Shown piece by piece: positions 25,422 to 36,074 of a stretch of 64,000 bases of DNA. Below the pieces are notes generated by a model that had not been told where the DNA came from, ran no database searches, and was given only the letters and a program-made list of their open reading frames with translations. The stretch's first letter is position 1. Every line of letters starts with the position of its first letter. The translations under genes and the position numbers were made by a program. Source of the DNA: Podospora anserina (Eukaryota); the NCBI GenBank assembly GCA_017654855.1, contig CM030335.1, forward strand, positions 992,001 to 1,056,000, read 5' to 3'.

Positions 25422-26090
25422 TACATCAACCACCCTCATATTCATGCCCTTCTCCTGTTCCAACTCCTCCTCCTGCTGCGCCGACCGCCTCTCCAAATCG
25501 ATATAACTCCCCCTCTCCTCCACCTCTCCCTCATCTATCTCAATGCTCTTTTTTGCCGCCCACTCCCGCCTCCTCTCCATTTTCCTCCGTTTCAAATCCG
25601 CCTCCAACACAAAATTTTTGCACATCTCCTGCACCGCCTTGCTGAGAAAGTTTCCCTGGATGGTGCTCACCCCCTTTGGCGGCTGCGCAGGCAACAAGTC
25701 GATGCCAATCACCTTCCCGTCCGGGGCCGTCGCGTCAAGTGCCACCTGCGACCACGACCCAGGGGCGTACCCCAAATCAACGACAATCTGGTTCCTGCGG
25801 GGCCGGAAGAGGGAGTATTTTTCTTGCATCTCTAGGAGCTTGAAGGCGGCGCGGGAGCGGAGGCCTTGGACTCTGGCCGCGAGGGCGAAGCGGTCTCGGG
25901 ATTGGCGTTGTTTCCACTGGGAGCTGGAGGAGGAGGGGCGAGATTGGGGGTTGTTGTTTGGTGATGGCGTTGTAAAGGTGGGTCTAAAAAAGCATGATGA
26001 TGGTAATGGCGAGAGCGAGAGGAGGGTGCGATTAACGGGTCGGACTGCTGCTGCCAGCCGGAGAGGCGCCCGGAGGCAGGATAAGCTCAT
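24773..26090 (-). CDS. MRM2: Mitochondrial rRNA 2'-O-methyltransferase (FtsJ/RrmJ family), multi-exon
   Basis: Arg/Ser-rich N-terminal presequence, RSRAAFKLLE, VVDLGYAPGSWSQVA, GIDLLP, VVLSDM, FVCK, SRKESRE. Confidence 0.9.
25386..25418. repeat. Poly(A) run of about 33 nt (poly-T on the transcribed strand) inside MRM2 intron 1
   Basis: Direct reading; on the minus strand it follows the GTAAGC donor. Confidence 0.9.
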
Positions 26091-26552
26091 TGTGAGGAGT
26101 GCGATTGTGAGGGTCCCTTAAATTTGTGTAAGAACGAAGAACCGGAACTAAGTTTGGAACAAAAGAAAAAAAGAAAATTGACAATGTAAAAGATGTTGTC
26201 GTATTTGGCGAGTGTTGATGAGATGAGCACGAGAGCTTGCAGAATTGATGCTTGTAAATGCAGCTACCCGAACTTTTACATCTTGGCATGGGCTAATCCA
26301 TTATGATTATCGAGTTATCGGGTATCAAAGCTCGCTTATCGACATGTCTTGAACGACAAAGCACTCTCAACATCACCAGCGACATCAAATCACCCACAAC
26401 CAGACCAATTGAAGTTGAACAATGTATGCATTCGAATAACTGATACAACCAGTCATCCCAAAAGTCCCACATGTATGTAGTGTAATGTACCCAAACTCCA
26501 TTCCCATGCCCACAAACTCCTATGCCATCATGAATAAATCACACACAAAATC

Positions 26553-28760
26553 TCAAGCCAGAAAGCTCGCTCCCACACCCCTCTTATCCCTCTTCAACGG
26601 CGAAAAGGCCTTCCCTGACCCACCAATCCCAATCACCTTGCCCACCGGCCCCTTGTTCATCCTAGAAACAGGCGGTCTCTTCCTCACACCACCAACAGCC
26701 GCCACCGGCTTCGCTGTCTCAACTACCTTCTCGTCCTCGTCCTCCTCAAAGATAGTCGGAGGCGCTGCACCGCCCAACTTCCTCTTCTTCTTCTTCTCCG
26801 GCTCCACGCTCACAGAACGTTGCCTTCCAGGCGCGGCATCTGCGGCCGCTGGCTTGGAAACAACAGCCTCCCCCTCCACGTCCGCCTCCTCCAAAGAAGG
26901 CAAAATAGCAGTCATCTTCTTGACACGACCCACAGGCGCATCCTCATTTGCCTTCCCAGGCGAGGAAGGCTCCAACGGCTTAGGCGCATTCGTCGACCCC
27001 TTCGGCCTACCCCGAGTCTTCTTCTCCACCATCTTCTTCCCCTTCGCCACAACAGGCGCGGCCTCCTCCACCTCACCCTCTGGCTCACCCGCCTCCTCAG
27101 CAACAGGATGCTGCTCCTCCTCCTCATCCACCTCCATCGTTTCAGCCGGCGCAGCAACAGCGGCGGTCTTAACCCCCACCGTAGCAACAGTAGGCGTCCC
27201 CTCCACCTCCCCAATCGAACCCACCGTCTTGTTCAAAAACGGCGTGATCGAAAACGTCGACTTCTCCACCAAAACCGACGTGTCAAACCCCCTCTTCTTA
27301 AGAGGACGCTTCGGCCTGTCGTCCATTCCCCCCGGCGTCATCAGCACCTTTTCATCCACCATCAGCTCATCCACCGTCCTCTTCTTCTTCGCGTTCGCCT
27401 TGGCTGCGCCAGGCTTCTTCAGAGGGACAGTAGTCGTGCTGCCAAGCCCAGCAGGGATAGCAGGGACCTTAGCCGTTGCCTTCTCCGCCCGCTCGTTCGC
27501 CCTTTCCAGCTCAGTTCTGCACTTCTTCAGCTCCTCAACCGTGTCCTTGTACTTGTTTTTCAGCTTCTCAACCCTGTTCAGCAGGGCATTCTTTTGCTCT
27601 TCGGCGTCTTCCACCGCTTGCTCGTTTTCTTTCCTTAGAGCTTCAGTCTCCTTTTGCTCTTGCGCCAGGGCTTTCTTGAGGCTTGTGAGCTCCTCCTTTA
27701 GCTGCTCAACCTCCTCCCCATCCGCCGCACCGTCAGTAGTCTTCTCCGCCTTGGCCGCCTTCTTCAAAGCAGCCTTCTTCTCCTTTTCCAACTCCTGAAC
27801 ATTCAACCTCAACTGCTCCAACTCCTCCTGTACCTCTGCCATCGCATTCTCCTTTTGCGCAGCCTGTTTCTTTTCCGTAGCAAGAGTCTTCTCCAACGCA
27901 GCCAATTGCCCCCTCAACCCCTGGATTTCCTCCTCCACCTCGGCGCTCTTCTGTGATGTCTTCTTTTCCTTGGCCAGCTGCTTCTCCAGTTCCCGGATTT
28001 GTGCTCTGAGCGTTTCCTCCTCCTCCTGGTTCTGGTTCTCGTTTTGCTGCTTCTGGAGCAGGGCAGCCTTTTGCGCGGCGCGCTTCTCGTTGGCGAGTTC
28101 GACTTCTAGCGTGTTAAGCTGTCTTTCGAGGGCCAGCTTCTCGGCGAGGACGTCCTTTTGGTGGGCGAGCTGGGACTTGAGGTGTTCGACTTCTGGCTTG
28201 AGGAGGGAGAGCTCGCGGGAGAGGGCGAGCTTTTCGGTGAGGATTTTGGAGGAGTCGACCGAGAGGTGGGAGAAGGCTGTTATTTCTTCCTATAGAAATG
28301 AAATTAATATTTGAAGGAGTGTGCAAGGGAACTGGGTGAGGGGGGATGTTACCTTTAGATTAGAAATCTCGCGATTCTGAGTCTGCATCACCTTCTCCTG
28401 TCTCCTGCACCGTTCGTGCAGACTGTCGAGTTGCTGGCGCACATCGTCGGCTTGGTCGGCAAGATCTTTGATGCGCGCATCTCGCTGAGTGATTTGGTCC
28501 TTGAGGGTGGAGGCTTCGTCTTGGAGGAGGAGTTGCCGAACTTTGGCTCGTCGCGCGTCCTCTTCTCGGATGACTAGTTCTAGCTGGTGGGCGGATTGAT
28601 GGTATTGGAGGTCAAGTTCGTGGAGTTTTTGGGTTCTCTGAATCGCATAAAACATGTTAGCGTTGTCGTGTAGGCGGTTGGTTGGCATCAATGGGACATT
28701 TTTCGCAACCTTTTCAGAGTCCATGATTACATGGTGCGACGACGCGTTTTTCGACGGCAT
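26553..28760 (-). CDS. Long coiled-coil protein with an AT-hook-like RGRPK motif and a basic C-terminus; introns 28638-28730 and 28290-28352
   Basis: E/K/Q heptad-rich ORFs joined by canonical introns; KTRGRPKG, KKKKRK NLS-like motif, FSPLKR CDK-type site. Confidence 0.8.
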
Positions 28761-29305
28761 TGATCACGTAATGATGCGCGCAAGAGCGCGAGAAGAATAA
28801 CAAAAGACTGTTGGGTTAGTAAAACTGGATTGACGTCCACGAGGGAGTCTTGAAGATTCAGGGGGTGTGCGTTGCAGTGAGGTTTGGGCGACGGTGAGGT
28901 GTGATGACGGAGAGAAAGTGGTTGCGCCAGTGCTGGCCAGGGGACCAAAGCGTTGCGAACTCCAGGTTTGAGAGTAAACAATCTGCCCGAAACAGCCTAG
29001 CTGGATCCGCCCCCACCATTTCCCCACTGCTCAGCTTCTACTGCCAAGATATGACAGCCGCTGACAGTGCAGTCGCCGGGCCGGCTCGCAGCCTTGTCAG
29101 ACACTGCCAAGCTACGGGAAGCTGCAGGGGTGCAGCTGGCAGAGAGCTCCAGGTCCACTGCAACGGTGTTCGCTGACGTTGAGGACACAGTTGGAATTGG
29201 ATTGGATTTGGAAGAAGAAGCTATCGAGAGACGTCGTCGCTGTCGTCGTCGTCAATACCGCCCACAACCACCTTCATTTCTTCATACACCCTCCGAAATC
29301 ACACA

Positions 29306-30483
29306 ATGCGCTGGCTGCCCGCTTTCCTGACGGCCTCGCTGGCCTTTGCCGGCGGGTCGCTGGCAGCAAAGAAGACGACCGAGGAGCGCTTCAACTCCTT
29401 CCACGCCAAATCCATTGCTTCCTCATCCGCCGCCCCGATCAAGCTCAGCGATGCTTCCTACCGAGAACTCACCGGTCAACCCCGCGATTACACCGCCGCC
29501 GTGGTCCTGACCGCCATGGACTCCCGCTTCAACTGCCAGCTCTGCCGCGAGTTCCAGCCTGAGTGGGATCTACTTGCGCGCAGCTGGGTCAAGGGTGACA
29601 AGGCTGGTGAATCGAGGGTTCTGTTTGGTACTCTGGACTTTGCCGACGGGAGAGAGATTTTCATGAGTGTAGGAGCTCCCTGAACATGCAACAAGGAAAA
29701 ACATATCTAACATGGGATATATAGCTCGGCCTCCAAACCGCCCCCGTCCTCCTCCTCTTCCCACCCACCGTCGGTCCCCACGCCGTCGCCAACAGCGAGC
29801 CCCTCCGTTATGACTTTTCCAACGGGTAAGCCGCCTATTTCCTCCTTCCTCTACCCCAACCTCAAGCTAACCTCTCCCCTCAGCCCTCAAATCGCCGAAG
29901 TAGTCCACACCTGGATCGCCCGCCACCTCCCCGACCGCCCACACCCCCCCGTCAAAAGACCAATCAACTGGATGCGCTGGATTTCCACCACGGTCCTCAC
30001 CCTCGGCAGCCTGACAGCCTCGTACGTCGCCTGGCCTTACATTGTGCCCGTGCTCCAATCCCGCAACATCTGGGCCGCCGTCACGCTCATCTCTATTCTT
30101 CTGTTCACCTCGGGCCACATGTACAACCACATCCGCAAGGTCCCGTACGTTGCTTCGGATGGCAAGGGGGGTATCAGCTACTTTGCCTCTGGGTTCCAGA
30201 GCCAGTACGGGTTGGAGACGCAGATTGTTGCCGCTCTTTGTAAGTTTTTTTATCAAGTCAACTGAGAAGAGGGAGCATGTGCTAATAATTGGAAATAGAT
30301 GGTTTGTTGTCTCTGGCGGGCATCTCCCTTGCGATCAAGGTGCCGAGAATTGGGGACTCCAAGACGCAGGGGGTTGCGGTGCTGGCGTGGGGTGGGGTGT
30401 TCTTTTTCACGTATGCGTTTTTGCTGAGCGTGTTTCGGGGGAAGAACCCGGGGTATCCTTTTAGGCTGCCTCCTTTTGTTTAA
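29306..30483 (+). CDS. OST3: Oligosaccharyltransferase subunit OST3/OST6 (thioredoxin-like, MAGT1 family), 3 introns
   Basis: Signal peptide, CQLC motif, LDFADGREIF, LFTSGHMYNHIR, QYGLETQIVA, KNPGYPF. Confidence 0.93.
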
Positions 30484-30861
30484 GGGAGTGATCTGGGGCG
30501 AGGGGTGGAAGTGGGGAGAGGTGCCTGGTGAAACAAGCACGAGAGAAGAAAAGCAAGGTTGTGGTGGTTCTTGAAGAAGAGATATAAAACGACATTTGTG
30601 TATAACAGTACCCTTTGCTCAGCTCAGGGGGTTGCTTCTTTTTCTCTGGGTTTTGATATGGTATTTAGCATGTAAAACGGCGTAAAAGATTTTGGAACTG
30701 GAAAATGATGAGAATCTTGAAAGCACAAGATAGCGAAATACTTTATGAAGAAGGGTAAAATAGGGGTTACCCAAGGGGCAGTGCCATGCCGATTGTGGTC
30801 TGGTGAAGAGAGTGATATTATCTTGTGACTATCCGACTGCTGTAAACATCTCCCATCCAAA

Positions 30862-30978
30862 GCCCGATTAGCTCAGCTGGTTAGAGCGTCGTACTAATAT
30901 AACAGTCTTCACTAGGATATCCTTGTGTGTTATATGTAGTCAATGCGAAGGTCAACAGTTCAATCCTGTTATTGGGCA
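30862..30978 (+). tRNA. tRNA-Ile (AAT) with a 43-nt intron at 30900-30942
   Basis: Acceptor stem GCCCGAT/ATTGGGC, D arm GCTC-AGCTGGTTA-GAGC, anticodon stem TCGTA/TGCGA with loop CT-AAT-A, T loop TTCAATC, downstream T runs. Confidence 0.92.
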
Positions 30979-31400
30979 TCCTATCTTTTGTTTTTCCAAG
31001 TCCTCTGCTGACTCTTGAAAGACCTTTTTACTCTTGCTCGTGAGGCTTTTGTGGTCGCCATCTTACGTTGAGTTTTAAATCGGTGCAGGGTCAAGCTTCG
31101 AATGGTCCTTATCAGCGCTGTCTTGACAGTTCCCCATGACAGGTTGTTTCTGTCCTCGCCTTGGTGTTTTCTCTTCTCGCCTCAGTCAACTTGGTGCTGA
31201 GTTTTGGATACCTAGATGGCATCAAAAAAAGTTTTCATCGCACAGTTTCAACTCTGTACATACATACGTATCATGCTGTTGCATGCATTCATTCCCAGCC
31301 AACTTTGCCACGCCCACTCTCTAACGGCCAAGAGTACGAAGACCAAAATGATGACACTGCAATCAGGAAAGATATGGGAGGCAAAAGCAAAATGTATCAT

Positions 31401-31481
31401 CTCTCCCGCCGGGAATTGAACCCGGGTCTCGAGCGTTGCTGGAGTGACAAGCTCACATACTGACCACTATACTACGGAAGA
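31401..31481 (-). tRNA. tRNA-Asp (GTC) with a 9-nt intron at 31436-31444
   Basis: Reverse complement TCTTCCG TA GTAT AGTGGTCA GTAT G TGAGC TT GTC A [CTCCAGCAA] C GCTCG AGAC CCGGG TTCAATT CCCGG CGGGAGA G. Confidence 0.93.
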
Positions 31482-31999
31482 CTTTTCTCTGGTGTGGACA
31501 CCTGGTGTAGTGTTGTGGGACTGTTGGAAAGGCGAGAGGGGGTTGGGTATATATGTGGAGGTAGGGGAGGGAAGGTTGGCAAGGTTGGGTTGAGTTGGGG
31601 GGAAGGAAGGAGGGAGGGAAAGGGGGTGCTGGGGGGTGGAGTGGGTAGGGGTGGGTTGGCTAGGGAGATTGTTGAAGGTGCTTCAACGCGAGTTGTAAGT
31701 TCTGACAGCTAGTACCTGCTGCTGTGTTAGGATACTGCTTTACCCCCATTAGTCTGGGTCAATGAGGTGTATGTAAGGGGCATAAGTGATGGGAACGCGG
31801 GAGCAAGAGAGCAACACAACACACGAATTGTTTCAACTAGAGTCGCAAAGCAACTACAACTTCTAAATTTCCCATCCCGATAGGTGGACTCAGCTTCAAG
31901 CTAGACTTCCAAAACTTGTAATAAATCCCCATGGCTCGATCTTTACGTCCAGCATAAAGCATCATTCAAGTCCATCCCTTCGTACCTTCCTCCCCAGCT

Positions 32000-33360
32000 C
32001 TATCCAACCAAGTGCTTAAGCACGTTGCGCCGAGCCGGACATTCTTTAAATTCTTCCCACTCTCCCGATACAGGCGGCATGAATCCCGTTGCTCCTGGTG
32101 GTGTCATAGGAGGTGTTCCTGGCAATTGTCCCGGGAATTGAACTTCCGGAGGCATTCCCATGTCCATCGGTTGTCCTGACAAGGCCTCCAAACTGTGGTC
32201 CACCCATTGGCCCTGTCATTCCCGGTGACGGCGGTGGCAGTGGCGGTGGCGGTGGTGGTGGCATAGACCCAGGCATGAACTGTGAAGCTGCCATTCCCAT
32301 AGGCGGTGATCCCATAGGCGATTGTCCCATCGGTTGTCCCATCGGTTGTCTAATCCCCGGTCCCGCTCCCGGTTGCATCGGCGGTCCCATCGGCGGCGGC
32401 CGTGCCTGTGACTGCGGGGGGAAAACAAACTGCCCGTTAGAAGAAGGCTGTTGCGAGTAATGCTGAGGAGGGTGACCAGCATGGATCCCAGGTGGTGGCG
32501 GAGGAAAATCCGGGGCAGGACCTTGAGGAGGGGTATGAGGTGCGTGTGGGTATTCTTCATGCGCATCACCATCGTCGTCATAGTAGCTGCCGTCATGGCC
32601 CTCGTAGTCCTCGTCAGAGAGATGGATGCTGGACAGGACGCTGGCCAGGTCACTGGCAGACTCAGCGTGGTGTCTTGTTCTGTACCGGCCCCTATCAGCG
32701 TCTCTACCCGAAGATTTGTGAGGACGATCAGGAGGGTGTTGTTTCCAGGCGGCGTGCTCTGAAGGGCGGCTATGAGAGCTATGGTGATGGTGACTTGAGT
32801 GTGATTTGGACTTGGACTTGGACCTGGACTTTTCTCTTTCCCTTGCATTAACATTTGCATGGGCCTGCTGACGGGGTCTAAATGGATACAGTTGAAGCTT
32901 GAATTGTCCCTTCTTGGTACTCAATTTCTTCTCCACAATCCGGCCCATTTCCGCTTGCACTGGTCGCCTACGTATCTCTTTCTCTATCTCCTTTTCGGCC
33001 TTCTCATGCTTACGCCTTGCCTGTTCACGTGAGAATGTCTTGTGGTCTCCTGCCATGAAGGCGAGAATCCCGAGAGACTTTGACATAGGGGTTTTAAGCA
33101 GACATGAGGCAGCCCGTACATGAGAGAGCATCACTTCGAGCCAGATGAACAAGTCTTCAAAGATATCAGCAAACATGTCACTGAGGATGATTAGAACGAT
33201 AGGCCTCTGATGATACCTTGGGGTGGGTAATTGACAGACCTTCTAAGATACCAGGTACCTTAGTTAATAGGCCTTCAAAAATAGTAACAGGCCATCGAAG
33301 CTAGTCAACAGTCTTCGAAGATGGCCGATCTGCCCACCTGACATCGTGATATCTACCTAA
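32000..33360 (-). pseudogene. Probable pseudogene of a His/Pro/Met-rich hypothetical protein
   Basis: 376-aa ORF 32046-33176 whose PMG-rich tail appears to continue in another frame (32000-32203); the putative upstream exon beyond intron 33181-33239 has in-frame TAA/TGA. Confidence 0.5.
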
Positions 33361-34332
33361 TTCTTTCACTGTGAACAAACTTCCATGATTGCACGCTGCT
33401 GTTTCAGATATTGCGAACTGATAAAAGTTTAGCACATTCCCTCGAGCATAGAGACAATCAACAACTCAGCTTGAGAACCGAGATAAACCTCACGGCAAAG
33501 TTCTCATCCATCCCAATCAGTGTTGAGGGCTGCTGACGTGGTCATGGCACGCGGCCCGCTCCTGGGTAAGGTCAAGTGTTTACAAAGACATATCAAGGGG
33601 TTTGAGGGACCTGAGATGGCGGGATATTAGAGAAAAGTAGGGATAAGAATGTAGTATGAGGTATCGGCGTGGCTATGAGGTTTGAAACGGTGAAGAGTTC
33701 GGTTACGCTGAGTGCGGAGAATCAGAGAATAGAGATAAGAGGTATCATATGGATGGCATTCATATCGAGGGGAAGTATATATATCAGATTATCTCAACAG
33801 AATTTTGATCCCATCTTTGCCATTGAAAGTAAGAGACTGTGTAAAGGCCAGAAGCACTGGTACAGTGGCCTTCAAAACTGAGATTGATGGATATAAAAAC
33901 AAGACTAAGGCAATGGATATCTATTGATGTAGTTATTGATATTGCTGAAAAGATAGTCTCATCAGGGTTACTAAAATGCTTTCAAAATAATCAGTCGGTG
34001 TGTTTCAGTTGTCTTTCTAGACTTATGAACCCCTTGGCTAGGTAAGGCTTCAAACATAGTCTATCTGCGTTTTAAGATAGTTCCAAGGCCTGAACAGGTA
34101 ACGGACAGTCTTTTAGATACAGCTTGAACACTTTCTAGCCCGTGTTATATGTCTTGAATGGACTGCGTGCGTCATTAGATTTTATTTCCATGGCTCTAAG
34201 AACGTCATCTGTTCCCGAAGCTGAAGGAAGTAAAAGTCCAATTTATACAAGCAGGAGACGACTCACAGGTACTGACATGCCTCTCAGTAAAGTATCAAAT
34301 TCCAAAGCCCATCAGCTTATACATCATATCTA

Positions 34333-35321
34333 TTAACATCCTTCTAACGCGACAGCAGCAGGTAACTCAATATCAACAACCCATGGAAACTGTGTCCCAT
34401 CCTTCGCCCCTTGAATAGCCGCGTTAACAAATAAAGTACTCTTTCCCACCCCAATCGGCTGCTCATCCCCGGCACAATGACTTGTCCTCTTGTAACCCCT
34501 CCTCCGCAAATCTTCCAGCCGGCTCTCCTTCTCTCGAACCACATCCTCCGTATCCCATTTCCCCGGAAGAATACTCCCAAGATTTTCCACCAAAACAGAC
34601 CCCTCGTTGTTGATGTCACTAAAGTGACTTGGCTTCTCGCTGGGTACTTCCCGCCATGCCACAAATCTGGCCCCCCAACCATTGTGAACATGCCCATAGA
34701 AGTGCATCTTTGGGCGCGCTCTGGCAACAGCAGCAAAGAGATGTTCGCATCCGAGTCTCTGCTTGGACGCTGCACGGTCGAGGATCCCATTCGGTGGGCC
34801 GTGGGTGATGACAATGTCGACATCACTCGGTATGTTGAATTCGTGGTTCTCTCCTCGTTTGTACTGAAACCCCCAGTCGTCTGCTTCGAGTGATGGCGTG
34901 AATGGGCTGGCGTAGACCGTCAATTTCGCTCCGTTTCGGAGGGCAAAACTGTGGATGCCCTTTCCTAGAAAGACGACATCTTCCGAGTTGAACAAGCATC
35001 TGGCCTCTCCGACATCTCCATATTCGGTTTTGTTGAGATCTGTATCCGAGCCAGGTAAAGCTGCTGAAATTCTGCCACTTTTTTCTCAAAAGCCATTTTG
35101 TCAAGTGTAAAACCGTGATTTCCCGCGATGATCAGTTTCAGAGGGGCATCGATGCGGTGGAGGAGGTCCAGAGATGTTTGGAACTCGTGGATTTTGAATT
35201 CCTCGGTCAAGTCGCCACAGTGAATCGCTACGTCGACTGGTACATTGGGGATCGCCAGCCCCTTCTCGGCGTGTGAATCCGAAAGAATAAAAAAGCTGGT
35301 TTTGATGGCGTTTTTCTGCAT
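34333..35321 (-). pseudogene. Calcineurin-like metallophosphoesterase (MPPED/239FB-like) with a frameshift near 35050
   Basis: SDSH, HCGDL and AGNH motifs in ORF 34965-35321; THGPP and GHVH motifs in ORF 34333-34995; no splice signals seen bridging the frames; GNHD reads GNHG. Confidence 0.75.
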
Positions 35322-35646
35322 TTTGGTTGTAAGGTGGTGGATTTTGTAGGGAATCGTGGAAATTGTGGAAAGTCGTGATGATTTTGTAGACCTACGGGCG
35401 CTACGCTAGACAGTCAACAAAGAGAACACAGAAGGTGGAAAGAGCCAGCCAGGAGATTATCTTAACAAACCTTAATCAAGCCTGTAATTCTTAGAGTTAG
35501 ACTTCTTAAATTGCCATATCGACCGGTACACGAGGGATTGCCAACCCCTTGGCGTGTGTATGAGAGAGAATAAAGGAGCTGGTCTTGATAGTGTGCTGCA
35601 TCTTGACTGTAATATACCTAGGTAGAGGGAAAAGGAAGAATTGTTG

Positions 35647-35718
35647 ATGTAAAGAAGAGAAAAGAGAGAGGATTATAAACGAATGTAAAGAAGAGACAAG
35701 AGAGTGGGTTATAAACGA
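35647..35718. repeat. Tandem duplication of a 36-bp unit
   Basis: ATGTAAAGAAGAGAAAAGAGAGAGGATTATAAACGA / ATGTAAAGAAGAGACAAGAGAGTGGGTTATAAACGA. Confidence 0.85.
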
Positions 35719-36074
35719 ATTGATCTCTGAATTATATACTTGATTGAAAGCGATTTACTTTTTTTAAAAAATTTTTTTAAAAAAAAGAAATATTAAAAAA
35801 GAATCATCCGAGCTTCTAGTAGCCACACCGCCCACAGGCGGTGCTGAAATTTGAAGCTTTGTGACCAAACGTAATCCGCAAGCAAACAAGAAACGTCGCG
35901 ACTAAACGCATACATATACTGCAAGCAAGCGGTGGTTACCACGAGCAAGGAGCGCCATCGCTTCCCTTATGAAGATCCTCGAAGGCAGCCAGGGTGCTTT
36001 CCAGGACAGAAATCTCTGTCAAGCTATATAAAAACTTGGCTCTCAGTTGCTAAGTTTTACACGGAACCATGTGC

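Noticed and set aside
25315-25835. Poly-Lys and poly-Phe ORFs
   Set aside because: They read through the intronic poly(A/T) tract of MRM2.
31540-31670. G-rich tract upstream of tRNA-Asp as a functional G-quadruplex
   Set aside because: Similar G/C-skewed low-complexity tracts occur throughout the window; nothing specific marks this one.
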